From a virus: a DNA stretch of 64,000 nt. A program made the translations under genes and the position numbers. Below, piece after piece: positions 45,850 to 54,291 of the stretch. The number at the start of each line of letters is the position of its first letter. Position 1 is the first letter of the stretch. The stretch lies in IMG/VR virus record IMGVR_UViG_3300045988_182866; one strand, 5' to 3'. The notes beneath the pieces were generated by a model. The model was not told the DNA's origin, searched no databases, and was given only the letters and a program-made list of their open reading frames with translations.

Positions 45850-46057
45850 TAAAATAAAGAGTAGAGGCTATAATGGTGTAGCCAATTATTAAACATAATA
45901 AACTAATTTTAATAATTTTTAATAAAATTAGAAACCATGACAATTTGCTCATTTAATAGTAACTTTTTCAAATTCAAACCTGATTTTGATCTCGGATTCA
46001 AATATGATTTTGAACTCGAATTCGAATTTTAAATTATTCATTAAAACAATTTAACCT

Positions 46058-46100
46058 TAAAAAAGGCTTAGGCAGAAACTAATCTGCCTAAGCCTTTTTA
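46058..46100. terminator. Bidirectional rho-independent terminator
   Basis: AAAAAGGCTTAGGCAGA-aactaa-TCTGCCTAAGCC followed by TTTTTATTTT. Confidence 0.8.
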
Positions 46101-46154
46101 TTTTAAGCGCAGTCTAATCATCTGCCTATCTAAAGTAATTTAAATATTCATATT

Positions 46155-47489
46155 ATGCAAAAAGATGTTACGCAAGGCAAAAGTTATTGCCTCACTGTTT
46201 ATTCTGTTCCATGTAAAGTAACAGCAATTGGTGAAAATAATATAGAATATACTCTATTAAATGTTTCTGAAACTGGACAATATTTGTTTATTGCTCCTAC
46301 TTGGAAAGTTAATATTTCTCAAGATGACGCATCTATCGTTGAAACTTTTAATTTAGCCGGAACCGGTAAAGTTGGCGGATCTGGTTCCGGCTCTGACCCA
46401 ACTTATGGATTTTTAAAAATTATATTTGTCGATGCTCTTCCTCCTATTTCTGAAGCAAAAGAAAATACTTTATATTTTGTTCCTAAAAATGGTTCAGCCC
46501 CTGATAATTATGATGAATATATTTTTGACCCGGTTAATCAACAATTTGAATTAGTAGGTCAAAGTGCTATCGATACATCTGATTTTGCAAAACTTTCCTC
46601 TACAAATATCTTTTTAGCTCCTAATACTTTTAATGAAATTATTACTTTTAAAAAGGGCTTAAAAGTTTCAGAATCTGGACCTGTAATTACATCAAATGAT
46701 ACCACTCTTAATTTGCCAAACACTAGTACACCTTTATTAAAAGCACAAGGTCTAATTTTAACTGGAGTAAGTACATTTAATAATGAAATAAGAGTTCCTA
46801 CTATAGCTGGTTTAACTTCAACACCAATTAAGGTAACTAGTGCTGTTAATTTTAATAAACCGATTAAATTTAATGATACCATACGGGTTGAAACCGGGAA
46901 GATTGACCCCGGCAAGTTCGGCAACACCTGGACGTTCGGCTCGCTGATTGATTCCCCCACGACTGCCGACAACAACAATCACCGGTTGTGCTGCAAATCC
47001 ACCTCCGACAACGGGGCCTACATCATCTACCACGAGCGGGTGATCAACGGCGCATGGATGAAAGATAAGATTATTCCCGCCTGCCAGTTCGATTTTACCT
47101 GGCACAACGACGCTTCCATTCTTGTCAAAACCCCCACCAAAGCGGAACAGGCTGCCAATAAGAATTATGTAGATACCCAAATAAGTACAATTTCTCAGTT
47201 TGATTCTTCAAGTGATCAAACTATTTCCGGTACTTGGAAATTTTCTAAGCCTTTAAAAATTACAGAAGCACAACTTACAGATGAAGCTGTAAGTAAAGGT
47301 TATGTTGATGAGACAATTCAACAAAATCTCAATACAACATTAGAAGGTGTTATTAAGTTTGTTTCCATGACAAAAGCTGAATATAAAGCATTAGAAACAA
47401 AATCACCGTCAACCATTTATCATTTGACTGATGTTTCTATGTGGGCTATTGGTGACCAAGAGATTGTTACATCGAACATGCCTGCATAA
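46155..47489 (+). CDS. Tail fibre protein (444 aa) with a ~260-bp high-GC mosaic segment
   Basis: Tail-fibre repeat motifs ANKNYVDTQ and AVSKGYVDE. T/S/N-rich. Region 46900-47165 is ~55% GC within a ~30% GC gene. Confidence 0.6.
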   Translation: MQKDVTQGKSYCLTVYSVPCKVTAIGENNIEYTLLNVSETGQYLFIAPTWKVNISQDDASIVETFNLAGTGKVGGSGSGSDPTYGFLKIIFVDALPPISEAKENTLYFVPKNGSAPDNYDEYIFDPVNQQFELVGQSAIDTSDFAKLSSTNIFLAPNTFNEIITFKKGLKVSESGPVITSNDTTLNLPNTSTPLLKAQGLILTGVSTFNNEIRVPTIAGLTSTPIKVTSAVNFNKPIKFNDTIRVETGKIDPGKFGNTWTFGSLIDSPTTADNNNHRLCCKSTSDNGAYIIYHERVINGAWMKDKIIPACQFDFTWHNDASILVKTPTKAEQAANKNYVDTQISTISQFDSSSDQTISGTWKFSKPLKITEAQLTDEAVSKGYVDETIQQNLNTTLEGVIKFVSMTKAEYKALETKSPSTIYHLTDVSMWAIGDQEIVTSNMPA

Positions 47490-47541
47490 TAAAACAATTT
47501 AATTTTATAACTGTATGATGCTAATTTAAATAAAGGTAATT

Positions 47542-47850
47542 ATGGCTTTACCTCCAACATTTAAAGTAGATGTCTTTTCCGATGTAGGTTGGAAAACAAA
47601 TCAATTTGCATTAATTGCAGAAGCTTCAACTTACGATGAAATGAAAGTTGCAATTACAAATAATGTAAAGGGAAAAAAGACAATCGATGAAACGCCTAAA
47701 CCGGCTAGTCTTTCTCTTCGAGTACATTGTTATGATGGTGTTGCAACCTTTGATTTCGATCAAACTGATGAGGGAGCATTCACTTTAAAATTTTCTGTTT
47801 GGGCTGAAATCGGTTTTCAAGCAGAAATTACAACTTTAATTAATTCTTAA
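47542..47850 (+). CDS. Hypothetical protein
   Basis: ORF track. Confidence 0.4.
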   Translation: MALPPTFKVDVFSDVGWKTNQFALIAEASTYDEMKVAITNNVKGKKTIDETPKPASLSLRVHCYDGVATFDFDQTDEGAFTLKFSVWAEIGFQAEITTLINS

Positions 47851-47851
47851 G

Positions 47852-48112
47852 ATGTCAGTTTCTGAAGATGAGTTATTGGGTAAATTTATCGATCGCTACA
47901 TGAAAAAAGCGATCGATAATTTAATTTTTAAACTAGAATCCAAGTATAATGTTGAATTAAGTGAAAGTTCAACTTTAGAAGTTGTATTATTAAGTTCCGA
48001 TTTTATTAATCGAATTTCTCAAGTAATTGAAAGTGAACAATTAAGAGAACCTGAAGCATTTGAGAATGAACCAAATGACCAATCTGGAAATTATCGATAT
48101 AAAAAATACTAA
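47852..48112 (+). CDS. Hypothetical protein
   Basis: ORF track. Confidence 0.4.
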   Translation: MSVSEDELLGKFIDRYMKKAIDNLIFKLESKYNVELSESSTLEVVLLSSDFINRISQVIESEQLREPEAFENEPNDQSGNYRYKKY

Positions 48113-48125
48113 TAAATATTAATTA

Positions 48126-48350
48126 ATGAATACTAATGGTTTAAGATTAGATGAGCATGGTCGAGTTGTTCTTTGCGGAGATAAGATTTGCTGTGCTAAT
48201 TTAGAAAGATGTGGAGACGGTAGGTATAAACTTACCGATGACAATGGTAATTTCTGCTATATTACTGCTCAAGAAGCTGCATTAATGGAAGCTGGAATTA
48301 AAGCTTGCGATAATCAACCCGTAGTTAAAGAACAACTTATTTTAGGCTAA
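48126..48350 (+). CDS. Hypothetical Cys-containing small protein
   Basis: ORF track. CGDKICCANLERCGDGRYK. Confidence 0.35.
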   Translation: MNTNGLRLDEHGRVVLCGDKICCANLERCGDGRYKLTDDNGNFCYITAQEAALMEAGIKACDNQPVVKEQLILG

Positions 48351-48351
48351 T

Positions 48352-48681
48352 ATGTATTACGGTATTGATGGTCTTACTGAAATTATAGAAGAGATGCTTA
48401 ATGATGAACCATCTCAAATGAGTGACACTGAATCTCTAGTTTATAATTTTATTCAAAATCCTTATATAAGTCGGTTAGTTCGAAGTGGAGATGGCATTGA
48501 GATTAATAAATCTCCTGTTCGGGGAACTAATGTTGAAATGATTTTTAGATCTTTAAATTCCGACGGTAAAACAAAAATTAAAAAACGGGATATTGAGTAT
48601 GCAGTTCTTGACTTATTGGCCGATGACAAAATCAAATTTGCCCGTATGAACGGCGGATTCTTTTTGGTTCCTCGAGAATAA
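48352..48681 (+). CDS. Hypothetical protein
   Basis: ORF track. Confidence 0.4.
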   Translation: MYYGIDGLTEIIEEMLNDEPSQMSDTESLVYNFIQNPYISRLVRSGDGIEINKSPVRGTNVEMIFRSLNSDGKTKIKKRDIEYAVLDLLADDKIKFARMNGGFFLVPRE

Positions 48682-48971
48682 TGACTGAATTTTTTGCAGC
48701 ATTAGGTATAGCCTTAATTATTAAACAAGGACGAATCTTCAAAGAAGTTCGTTCTTTTTTAATTTCTAAATTTCCAATATTTCAAGATTTCTTTTCTTGC
48801 TTAATGTGTATTGGATTTTGGACTGGCTTATTTATTGGAATCATTACTGAAAAGTCTTTAATAGATTTAATACTATTCAGCTTTTCTTGCTCATTTTTTG
48901 GGCTAATATTTCAAACAATTTTGACTTTCCTTGAAAAGATATTTTTAAAATACTTTAAAGATATTTCTTAG
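48681..48971 (+). CDS. Hypothetical membrane protein (2-3 predicted TM segments)
   Basis: FFAALGIALII...CLMCIGFWTGLFIGII...LILFSFSCSFFGLIF hydrophobic stretches. Confidence 0.4.
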   Translation: MTEFFAALGIALIIKQGRIFKEVRSFLISKFPIFQDFFSCLMCIGFWTGLFIGIITEKSLIDLILFSFSCSFFGLIFQTILTFLEKIFLKYFKDIS

Positions 48972-49040
48972 ATTAGAATAAAATGAAAGTGGTTAACTCT
49001 ATTAAATGTAAATTTAATCTTATAAATCAAATTTAGAAAA

Positions 49041-49280
49041 TTGGAGTTAATCTTTCAAAATCACCTCAACTTTTTAAGAATAAAACCAATATTAAAGAAA
49101 ATGGACTTTTTTAATAAGTGTTCTTGTAATCCTCGGACTGTTACTAAATGGACAGTTTATAAAGAAGGTTCTTATTTCATTTATAAATGTACTGAATGTG
49201 GAAACTCCTTTAAACGTCCAGTTAATTGGGAAACAATCCAGAAGGATAAAATGAAAAATTTAATGAAGCATGGAAGATAA
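49041..49280 (+). CDS. Small zinc-ribbon protein
   Basis: CSCN...(x26)...CTECGN pairs of Cys. Confidence 0.35.
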   Translation: MELIFQNHLNFLRIKPILKKMDFFNKCSCNPRTVTKWTVYKEGSYFIYKCTECGNSFKRPVNWETIQKDKMKNLMKHGR

Positions 49281-49656
49281 AAAAACTTTAAAGGTTAAAT
49301 GTTTTATTACCGGAGAAGAAAGTATTTTTTCTGGTGATTATTTGAATAAACTTATTGAAAGATATGGTTCAAGAGAAAATATTTTAAAATATTACATTAC
49401 ATATCGAGCTAAGAATTTCCTTTTTAAAGGATATACAATTCCAGAAATCAGGAAAATTCTTCTTTTAAAGAAGACTGAACTTGAAGATCCTTCTTCTCCT
49501 AAAGGAATCGAATTAATAAAATATTGGCAAGACCAGAAAAATCTCAAGGTTAAGTATAAAATGAAAGATCAAAAAGATAATGTTTCTTTCATTAAAACTG
49601 ATCCGGAAGTAAAAGATTTTATTAACAATTGGATTAAATCTAAAAAAATAGAATAA
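49270..49656 (+). CDS. Hypothetical protein
   Basis: ORF track. Confidence 0.4.
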   Translation: MEDKKTLKVKCFITGEESIFSGDYLNKLIERYGSRENILKYYITYRAKNFLFKGYTIPEIRKILLLKKTELEDPSSPKGIELIKYWQDQKNLKVKYKMKDQKDNVSFIKTDPEVKDFINNWIKSKKIE

Positions 49657-49716
49657 AAAATTAAAATTTTATCACTGATTTATTATCAATAATTTTTTAA
49701 TTTATATACATTTTTA

Positions 49717-49758
49717 AAATTGATAAGTCCCTTAAAATAAGGGACTTATCAATTTTTA
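49717..49758 (+). terminator. Rho-independent terminator
   Basis: AAATTGATAAGTCCC-ttaaaataa-GGGACTTATCAATTT followed by TTTAAT. Confidence 0.7.
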
Positions 49759-49795
49759 ATTTGAAAAAATTTTATACATAAATACAAAATACACT

Positions 49796-52669
49796 ATGTT
49801 GAATGGATTAGAAGATGTATTAAAGGCAGATACAGCAAAGAGTACAAAAATTGATTGTACACAGTCAGTAGAAGAATATATTAATAAAAGTGACTGGCGT
49901 ATATTTGCTAATGCTAATACAGGATATAGTAATGCTGGATTAGTAAATGGACTAGCTGGTAAAGTAATAGCCAATTATTGGTTAGATAAAGTTTATTCAA
50001 AAAAAGAGGGTGATGCACATAGAAATGGCGATTATCACATTCATGATTTAGATTGTTTAAGTGGTTATTGTTGTGGTCATGATTTACAACGATTATTAAA
50101 TGAGGGTTTTAATGGTGTAGTGGGAAGAGTAGGTTCAAAAGCACCAAAACATTTTAGAGAAGCTTTATATCAAATGGCTAATTTCATTGGTATTTTACAA
50201 GCTGAATGGGGTGGTGCTCAAGCGTTTAGTTCTTTTGATACATATCTTGCACCTTATGTTTTTTTTGATATGTATTATAGTGGTTTAACTTATAAAGATA
50301 TTAAGAAAGCCATCTTAAATTTCATTTATAATTTAAATGTGCCATCACGCTGGGGACAATCTCCGTTTTCAAATATTACAATTGACTGGATTGTCCCTAA
50401 TGATATGTCTGCCCAATATCCTCTAAGAAATGATAAGAATTATTTTAAAACAATTTATGAAGATTTATCAGATGAAGAAAAAACAAAATTTAGAACGACA
50501 GTTATTGAAGAACTTAAAAAACGTTTAGAGAATATAGAAAATTCTATAGATAGTCTATTTGATAAAATAACATATAAGTTATTTCAAAAAGAAATGAATC
50601 TTATTAATAAAGCTTTTTATGAATGTTTAAACGAGGGCGATATTAATGGATTACCTTTTACATTCCCAATTCCTACAGTTAATATTACAGAAAATTTTGA
50701 TTGGGATGGAGAAAATACTGATCTTCTTTTTGAAAATGCTGCAAAATATGGATCTTCTTATTTCCAAAATTTTATTGGTTCGCAATATAAACGAGATGAA
50801 AATGGTAATTTAGTTCCTGATCCAAATGCTTATAGTCCAAATGATGTACGAAGTATGTGTCCACTAACTGGTGATACGGAAGTATTAACACTTAGTAACA
50901 GAGGTATTAGTAAGACACAAATAGTACATTTAAATGAAAATAGCCATAAAGTATTTTCTAATGGAAATTGGTTTAATTTTAAACGTATCGAAATTAAGCC
51001 ACAAAAAGTATATGAAATTAAATTATCAAATGGTACTTCTATAAAAATGGGAGAACATCATTTACAACCAATATATGGTAGTACTAAAGAATGTAAAGAT
51101 CTTAAAGTTGGTGATTTAATACCATTTAATAGTCAAATAATTAATTGGGACAAAGCTGTTGGTGATTATCATCTTGGTTATGCAATCGGTGCTTATTATG
51201 GTGATGGCTCAACCGATGGTAATACTGTAATATATTCTCTTTCTGTTGATGAAAAAGATAATATAACTGAAGAAAAATTACGAAAATTTTGGACTTCTAA
51301 TGGGTATCATGTTAAAACAATAAATGTTAACAATGTTCGTTCAATAGTGGTTACTGGAAATGCTTTTAATTTAATTGGACGATTTTGTAGTGGTAATAAT
51401 GCTCTTACTAAAGGTATTCACAGTTTAGCATTTAGTTTATCAGTAGATGCTCGTCAGGGAATTATAGATGGATATATTGCTACAGATGGTAATAAAGATC
51501 GCAGGCGAATTAGTACTTCATCCCAAGCAATGGTTAATGATTTATTAACTTTGTTTACTTTACAGGGTAAAAAAGCTTTATTATCATCTATAGATAATCG
51601 TGAAAATCGTCTAGGAAGTAATCCAAATTATATTGTTTCTTATCCTGAAAAAGACAATTATAGTGATTTTTATCAAACTATTGATGGTATAATATATTTT
51701 ATAATTAAAGAAATAAAAGAAATTCCGCAACAAAAACTTTATTGTATTGAGGTTGATAATGAAGATCATACATTTGTATTAGGTAACGGGATGATTACGC
51801 ATAATTGTCGTCTTCAATTAGATAAGCGAGAATTACGAAAACGTGGAGGAGGCTTATTTGGTTCAGATGCACAAACTGGCAGCATAGGCGTAGTAACAAT
51901 TAATATGGCCCGCCTTGGCTATCTTTACAAAGGTAACTTTCCGCTTCTTAAGAAAAAACTTATTCATTTAATGGAATTGGCTAAATCGACTTTAGAAAAA
52001 AAGCGTTCTTTTATTAATGAATTATATCTAAGAGGATTATACCCATATACAAGACGATATCTTAAAGGCTTTAATACATTTTTTAGTACAATCGGCGTTA
52101 ATGGAATGAATGAAATGGTTCGTAATTTTTCAAATGACGAATATGATATTACTTCATATGAAGGCCAGAAAATGTGTATAGAACTATTAGATTTAATTCG
52201 CTCTAAAATGTCTGATTATCAAGAAGAAACTGGAAATCTTTATAACCTTGAAGCTACCCCGGCAGAAGGAACAACTTATCGATTTGCCAAAGAGGATATT
52301 AAACGTTTTCCGGACATTATTCATGCTGGTACTGAAAAAGAACCTTACTATACAAATAGCTCTCAGCTCCCGGTAAATTTTACGGATGATCCCTTTGAAG
52401 CACTTGATAAGCAAGATGAGCTTCAATGCAAATATACTGGTGGTACAGTAATCCATTTATATATGACAGAAAGACTTTCTAATGCAACAGCTTGTAAAAA
52501 TCTTATAAAAAAGGTACTTACAAATTATCGCTTGCCATATATATCTATAACTCCAACATATTCTACATGTCCAATACATGGTTATATTCCTGGAAATCAT
52601 GAATTTTGTCCAAAATGTGACCAAATAATTTTAGAAGAATATGCTAAAGAAATTGATTTTAACGAATAA
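49796..52669 (+). CDS. nrdD: Anaerobic ribonucleoside-triphosphate reductase NrdD (class III), interrupted in frame by an intein and lacking the glycyl-radical tail, which is encoded by the next ORF
   Basis: Class III RNR layout. C-terminal Zn ribbon CPIHGYIPGNHEFCPKCD. 957 aa, of which 316 aa are intein, leaving ~641 aa of extein (T4 NrdD is ~605 aa). Adjacent to nrdG. Confidence 0.8.
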   Translation: MLNGLEDVLKADTAKSTKIDCTQSVEEYINKSDWRIFANANTGYSNAGLVNGLAGKVIANYWLDKVYSKKEGDAHRNGDYHIHDLDCLSGYCCGHDLQRLLNEGFNGVVGRVGSKAPKHFREALYQMANFIGILQAEWGGAQAFSSFDTYLAPYVFFDMYYSGLTYKDIKKAILNFIYNLNVPSRWGQSPFSNITIDWIVPNDMSAQYPLRNDKNYFKTIYEDLSDEEKTKFRTTVIEELKKRLENIENSIDSLFDKITYKLFQKEMNLINKAFYECLNEGDINGLPFTFPIPTVNITENFDWDGENTDLLFENAAKYGSSYFQNFIGSQYKRDENGNLVPDPNAYSPNDVRSMCPLTGDTEVLTLSNRGISKTQIVHLNENSHKVFSNGNWFNFKRIEIKPQKVYEIKLSNGTSIKMGEHHLQPIYGSTKECKDLKVGDLIPFNSQIINWDKAVGDYHLGYAIGAYYGDGSTDGNTVIYSLSVDEKDNITEEKLRKFWTSNGYHVKTINVNNVRSIVVTGNAFNLIGRFCSGNNALTKGIHSLAFSLSVDARQGIIDGYIATDGNKDRRRISTSSQAMVNDLLTLFTLQGKKALLSSIDNRENRLGSNPNYIVSYPEKDNYSDFYQTIDGIIYFIIKEIKEIPQQKLYCIEVDNEDHTFVLGNGMITHNCRLQLDKRELRKRGGGLFGSDAQTGSIGVVTINMARLGYLYKGNFPLLKKKLIHLMELAKSTLEKKRSFINELYLRGLYPYTRRYLKGFNTFFSTIGVNGMNEMVRNFSNDEYDITSYEGQKMCIELLDLIRSKMSDYQEETGNLYNLEATPAEGTTYRFAKEDIKRFPDIIHAGTEKEPYYTNSSQLPVNFTDDPFEALDKQDELQCKYTGGTVIHLYMTERLSNATACKNLIKKVLTNYRLPYISITPTYSTCPIHGYIPGNHEFCPKCDQIILEEYAKEIDFNE
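50858..51805 (+). other. Intein (316 aa) with a LAGLIDADG-type homing endonuclease domain inside NrdD
   Basis: Begins CPLTGDTEVLTL immediately after extein ...VRSM. Ends ...GNGMITHN followed by extein CRLQLDKRE (His-Asn + Cys+1). Internal DOD motifs LGYAIGAYYGDGSTDG and QGIIDGYIATDGNKD. Confidence 0.7.
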
Positions 52670-52680
52670 TAATTTATAAT

Positions 52681-52848
52681 ATGAGTAAAACTGAATTATT
52701 GAAACAATTAGAAGCTAAACGTACACGTTGTCAAGTTTGGACGCGTGTAATGGGTTATCTTAGGAATACTGATAATTTTAATATTGGTAAAAAAGGTGAA
52801 TTTAAAGAACGAACATTTTTTACTGAGTCAAAGTGTCGGTGTTTATAA
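52681..52848 (+). CDS. nrdD: NrdD C-terminal glycyl-radical domain encoded as a separate 55-aa ORF (split nrdD)
   Basis: MSKTELLKQLEAKRTRCQVWTRVMGYLRNTDNFNIGKKGEFKERTFF. RVMGY matches the class III RNR glycyl-radical motif RV.GY, followed by the N.GK..E...R tail. It starts 11 nt after the main nrdD stop. It is below the ORF-track size cut-off and was translated by hand. Confidence 0.6.
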   Translation: MSKTELLKQLEAKRTRCQVWTRVMGYLRNTDNFNIGKKGEFKERTFFTESKCRCL

Positions 52849-52879
52849 AAAATAAAAAATAAAAAATTAATATTAAAAA

Positions 52880-52916
52880 AATTAACTGATATAAATTATA
52901 TCAGTTAATTTTTTAT
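52880..52916. terminator. Perfect 15-bp-stem palindrome with flanking A/T runs (bidirectional terminator) between nrdD and nrdG
   Basis: AATTAACTGATATAA-A-TTATATCAGTTAATT followed by TTTTAT, preceded by AAAAAA. Confidence 0.6.
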
Positions 52917-52927
52917 ACAATAATGAA

Positions 52928-53641
52928 ATGAATTTATTTGAAAATAGAATAGGCGGCGTTGAACCATTTACGTTAATCGATTTTCCTAATAAAATAGCCG
53001 GTATTTTATTCTATACAAATTGTAATCTGCATTGTCCATATTGTTATAATGTAGAACTTGTTAAGAATATATGTACTAAATTAAATTCTAACGACGTCCT
53101 TAATTTTATAAAAAAACGAAAAAATAAATTAGACGGTTTTGTATTTTCTGGAGGTGAATGTACTATACATGGTAATAATTTAATAAATGATATTATTTTT
53201 GTTAAAAACGCAGGATTTGACATTAAAGTTGATACAAATGGAACTAATCCTGATGTTATTCAAAAATTATTAAATTTAAATCTTGTCAATTATTTTGCTT
53301 TAGATTATAAAGCTCCTATTAATAAAAAAGATTTATTTTTTTCAAATATACAAACCTATGATAATTTTATCAAGACATTATCTTTATTAAATTCTTCTGA
53401 AATTCCTTTTGAAATCAGAACAACAATTCATACTGATATTATTGATGAAAATGATATTAATTTAATTCTAAAACATTTAGAAAGTATAAATTATAAAGGT
53501 AATTATTATATCCAATTTTATTTTAAAACTAAAAAAACTCTCGGTAACGTATCAAATAATCCAAGATATTTTGATATTACAAAAATTATTAATAAAAAAA
53601 ATATTAATATCCAATATAGAAACATTGAAGCTAATATATGA
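52928..53641 (+). CDS. nrdG: Anaerobic RNR activating enzyme NrdG (radical SAM)
   Basis: CNLHCPYCYN (Cx3Cx2C) and FSGGECT SAM-binding motif. Immediately downstream of nrdD. Confidence 0.75.
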   Translation: MNLFENRIGGVEPFTLIDFPNKIAGILFYTNCNLHCPYCYNVELVKNICTKLNSNDVLNFIKKRKNKLDGFVFSGGECTIHGNNLINDIIFVKNAGFDIKVDTNGTNPDVIQKLLNLNLVNYFALDYKAPINKKDLFFSNIQTYDNFIKTLSLLNSSEIPFEIRTTIHTDIIDENDINLILKHLESINYKGNYYIQFYFKTKKTLGNVSNNPRYFDITKIINKKNINIQYRNIEANI

Positions 53642-54255
53642 GTGAACAATCTAAAAATGAAGATTATATCTCCTTAATTGAATCTGAAAATGAAAAACAT
53701 TTATTTTTCTCTGGATCATTAAACCGGCTTTCTGCCTTTAACTTAAATGGCCAGCTAGTTGCATGCGATATGGCTTATCGAGAAAAAAAAACTGAAAATG
53801 AATTTGGTTTTATACAAAAAGATGAACAAAAAGAAGTCAATGATAAACTTATTATTCATTTAAATTGTCCAGGAGGCCAGGTATCTTATGCTTTCTTAAT
53901 TGCCGATGTTATTAAATCTTTAGAAATTCCTGTTTATTGTATAGGTGAAGGATCTATCGCTTCTGCAGGAACTGTCTTATTATTAGCCTGTGAAAAACGG
54001 ACAGCTCTTCCTCATTGTACCTTTTATTTTCATGAAACAATTCATTCTATTGAACAATTAAGCTTTGATGAATTAGAATCTTTTATGGAAGAGTCAAAGA
54101 GAGTTAATGAAGAGCTTAAAAATTATTATCGTATCAGAAGTAATATATCTATAGCTGATATTGATACATTAATGAGGTCTGAGGCTATCATTAGTGCTTT
54201 AGAGGCATATAATAAAGGCTTTTTAACTGATTTACCAGGAACTATTTTAGTTTAA
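53638..54255 (+). CDS. ClpP-family (S14) serine protease-like protein
   Basis: LNCPGGQVSYAFLIADVI, VYCIGEGSIASAGTVLLLA (compare ClpP TICMGQAASMGAFLLAAG) and the His region TFYFHETIHS (compare IMIHQP). Confidence 0.55.
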   Translation: MSEQSKNEDYISLIESENEKHLFFSGSLNRLSAFNLNGQLVACDMAYREKKTENEFGFIQKDEQKEVNDKLIIHLNCPGGQVSYAFLIADVIKSLEIPVYCIGEGSIASAGTVLLLACEKRTALPHCTFYFHETIHSIEQLSFDELESFMEESKRVNEELKNYYRIRSNISIADIDTLMRSEAIISALEAYNKGFLTDLPGTILV

Positions 54256-54291
54256 TAAATTAAAATAAAAAGGCCCATTAAATATTGACTA

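Noticed and set aside
46559-47180. Minus-strand ORFs 46559-46978 and 46818-47180 inside the tail-fibre gene.
   Set aside because: They coincide with the high-GC island of the fibre gene. They are shadow ORFs of a well-supported plus-strand CDS.
21527-47520. A recurring TTTAAATAT-like motif a few nt upstream of several structural-gene starts (21527, 27365, 36711, 46145, 47507), considered as a variant late promoter.
   Set aside because: The spacing to the ATG is only 5-10 nt, too short for promoter + leader. One instance is the last codons of the upstream gene. The motif is also expected by chance in ~70% AT DNA. Not reported as a promoter.
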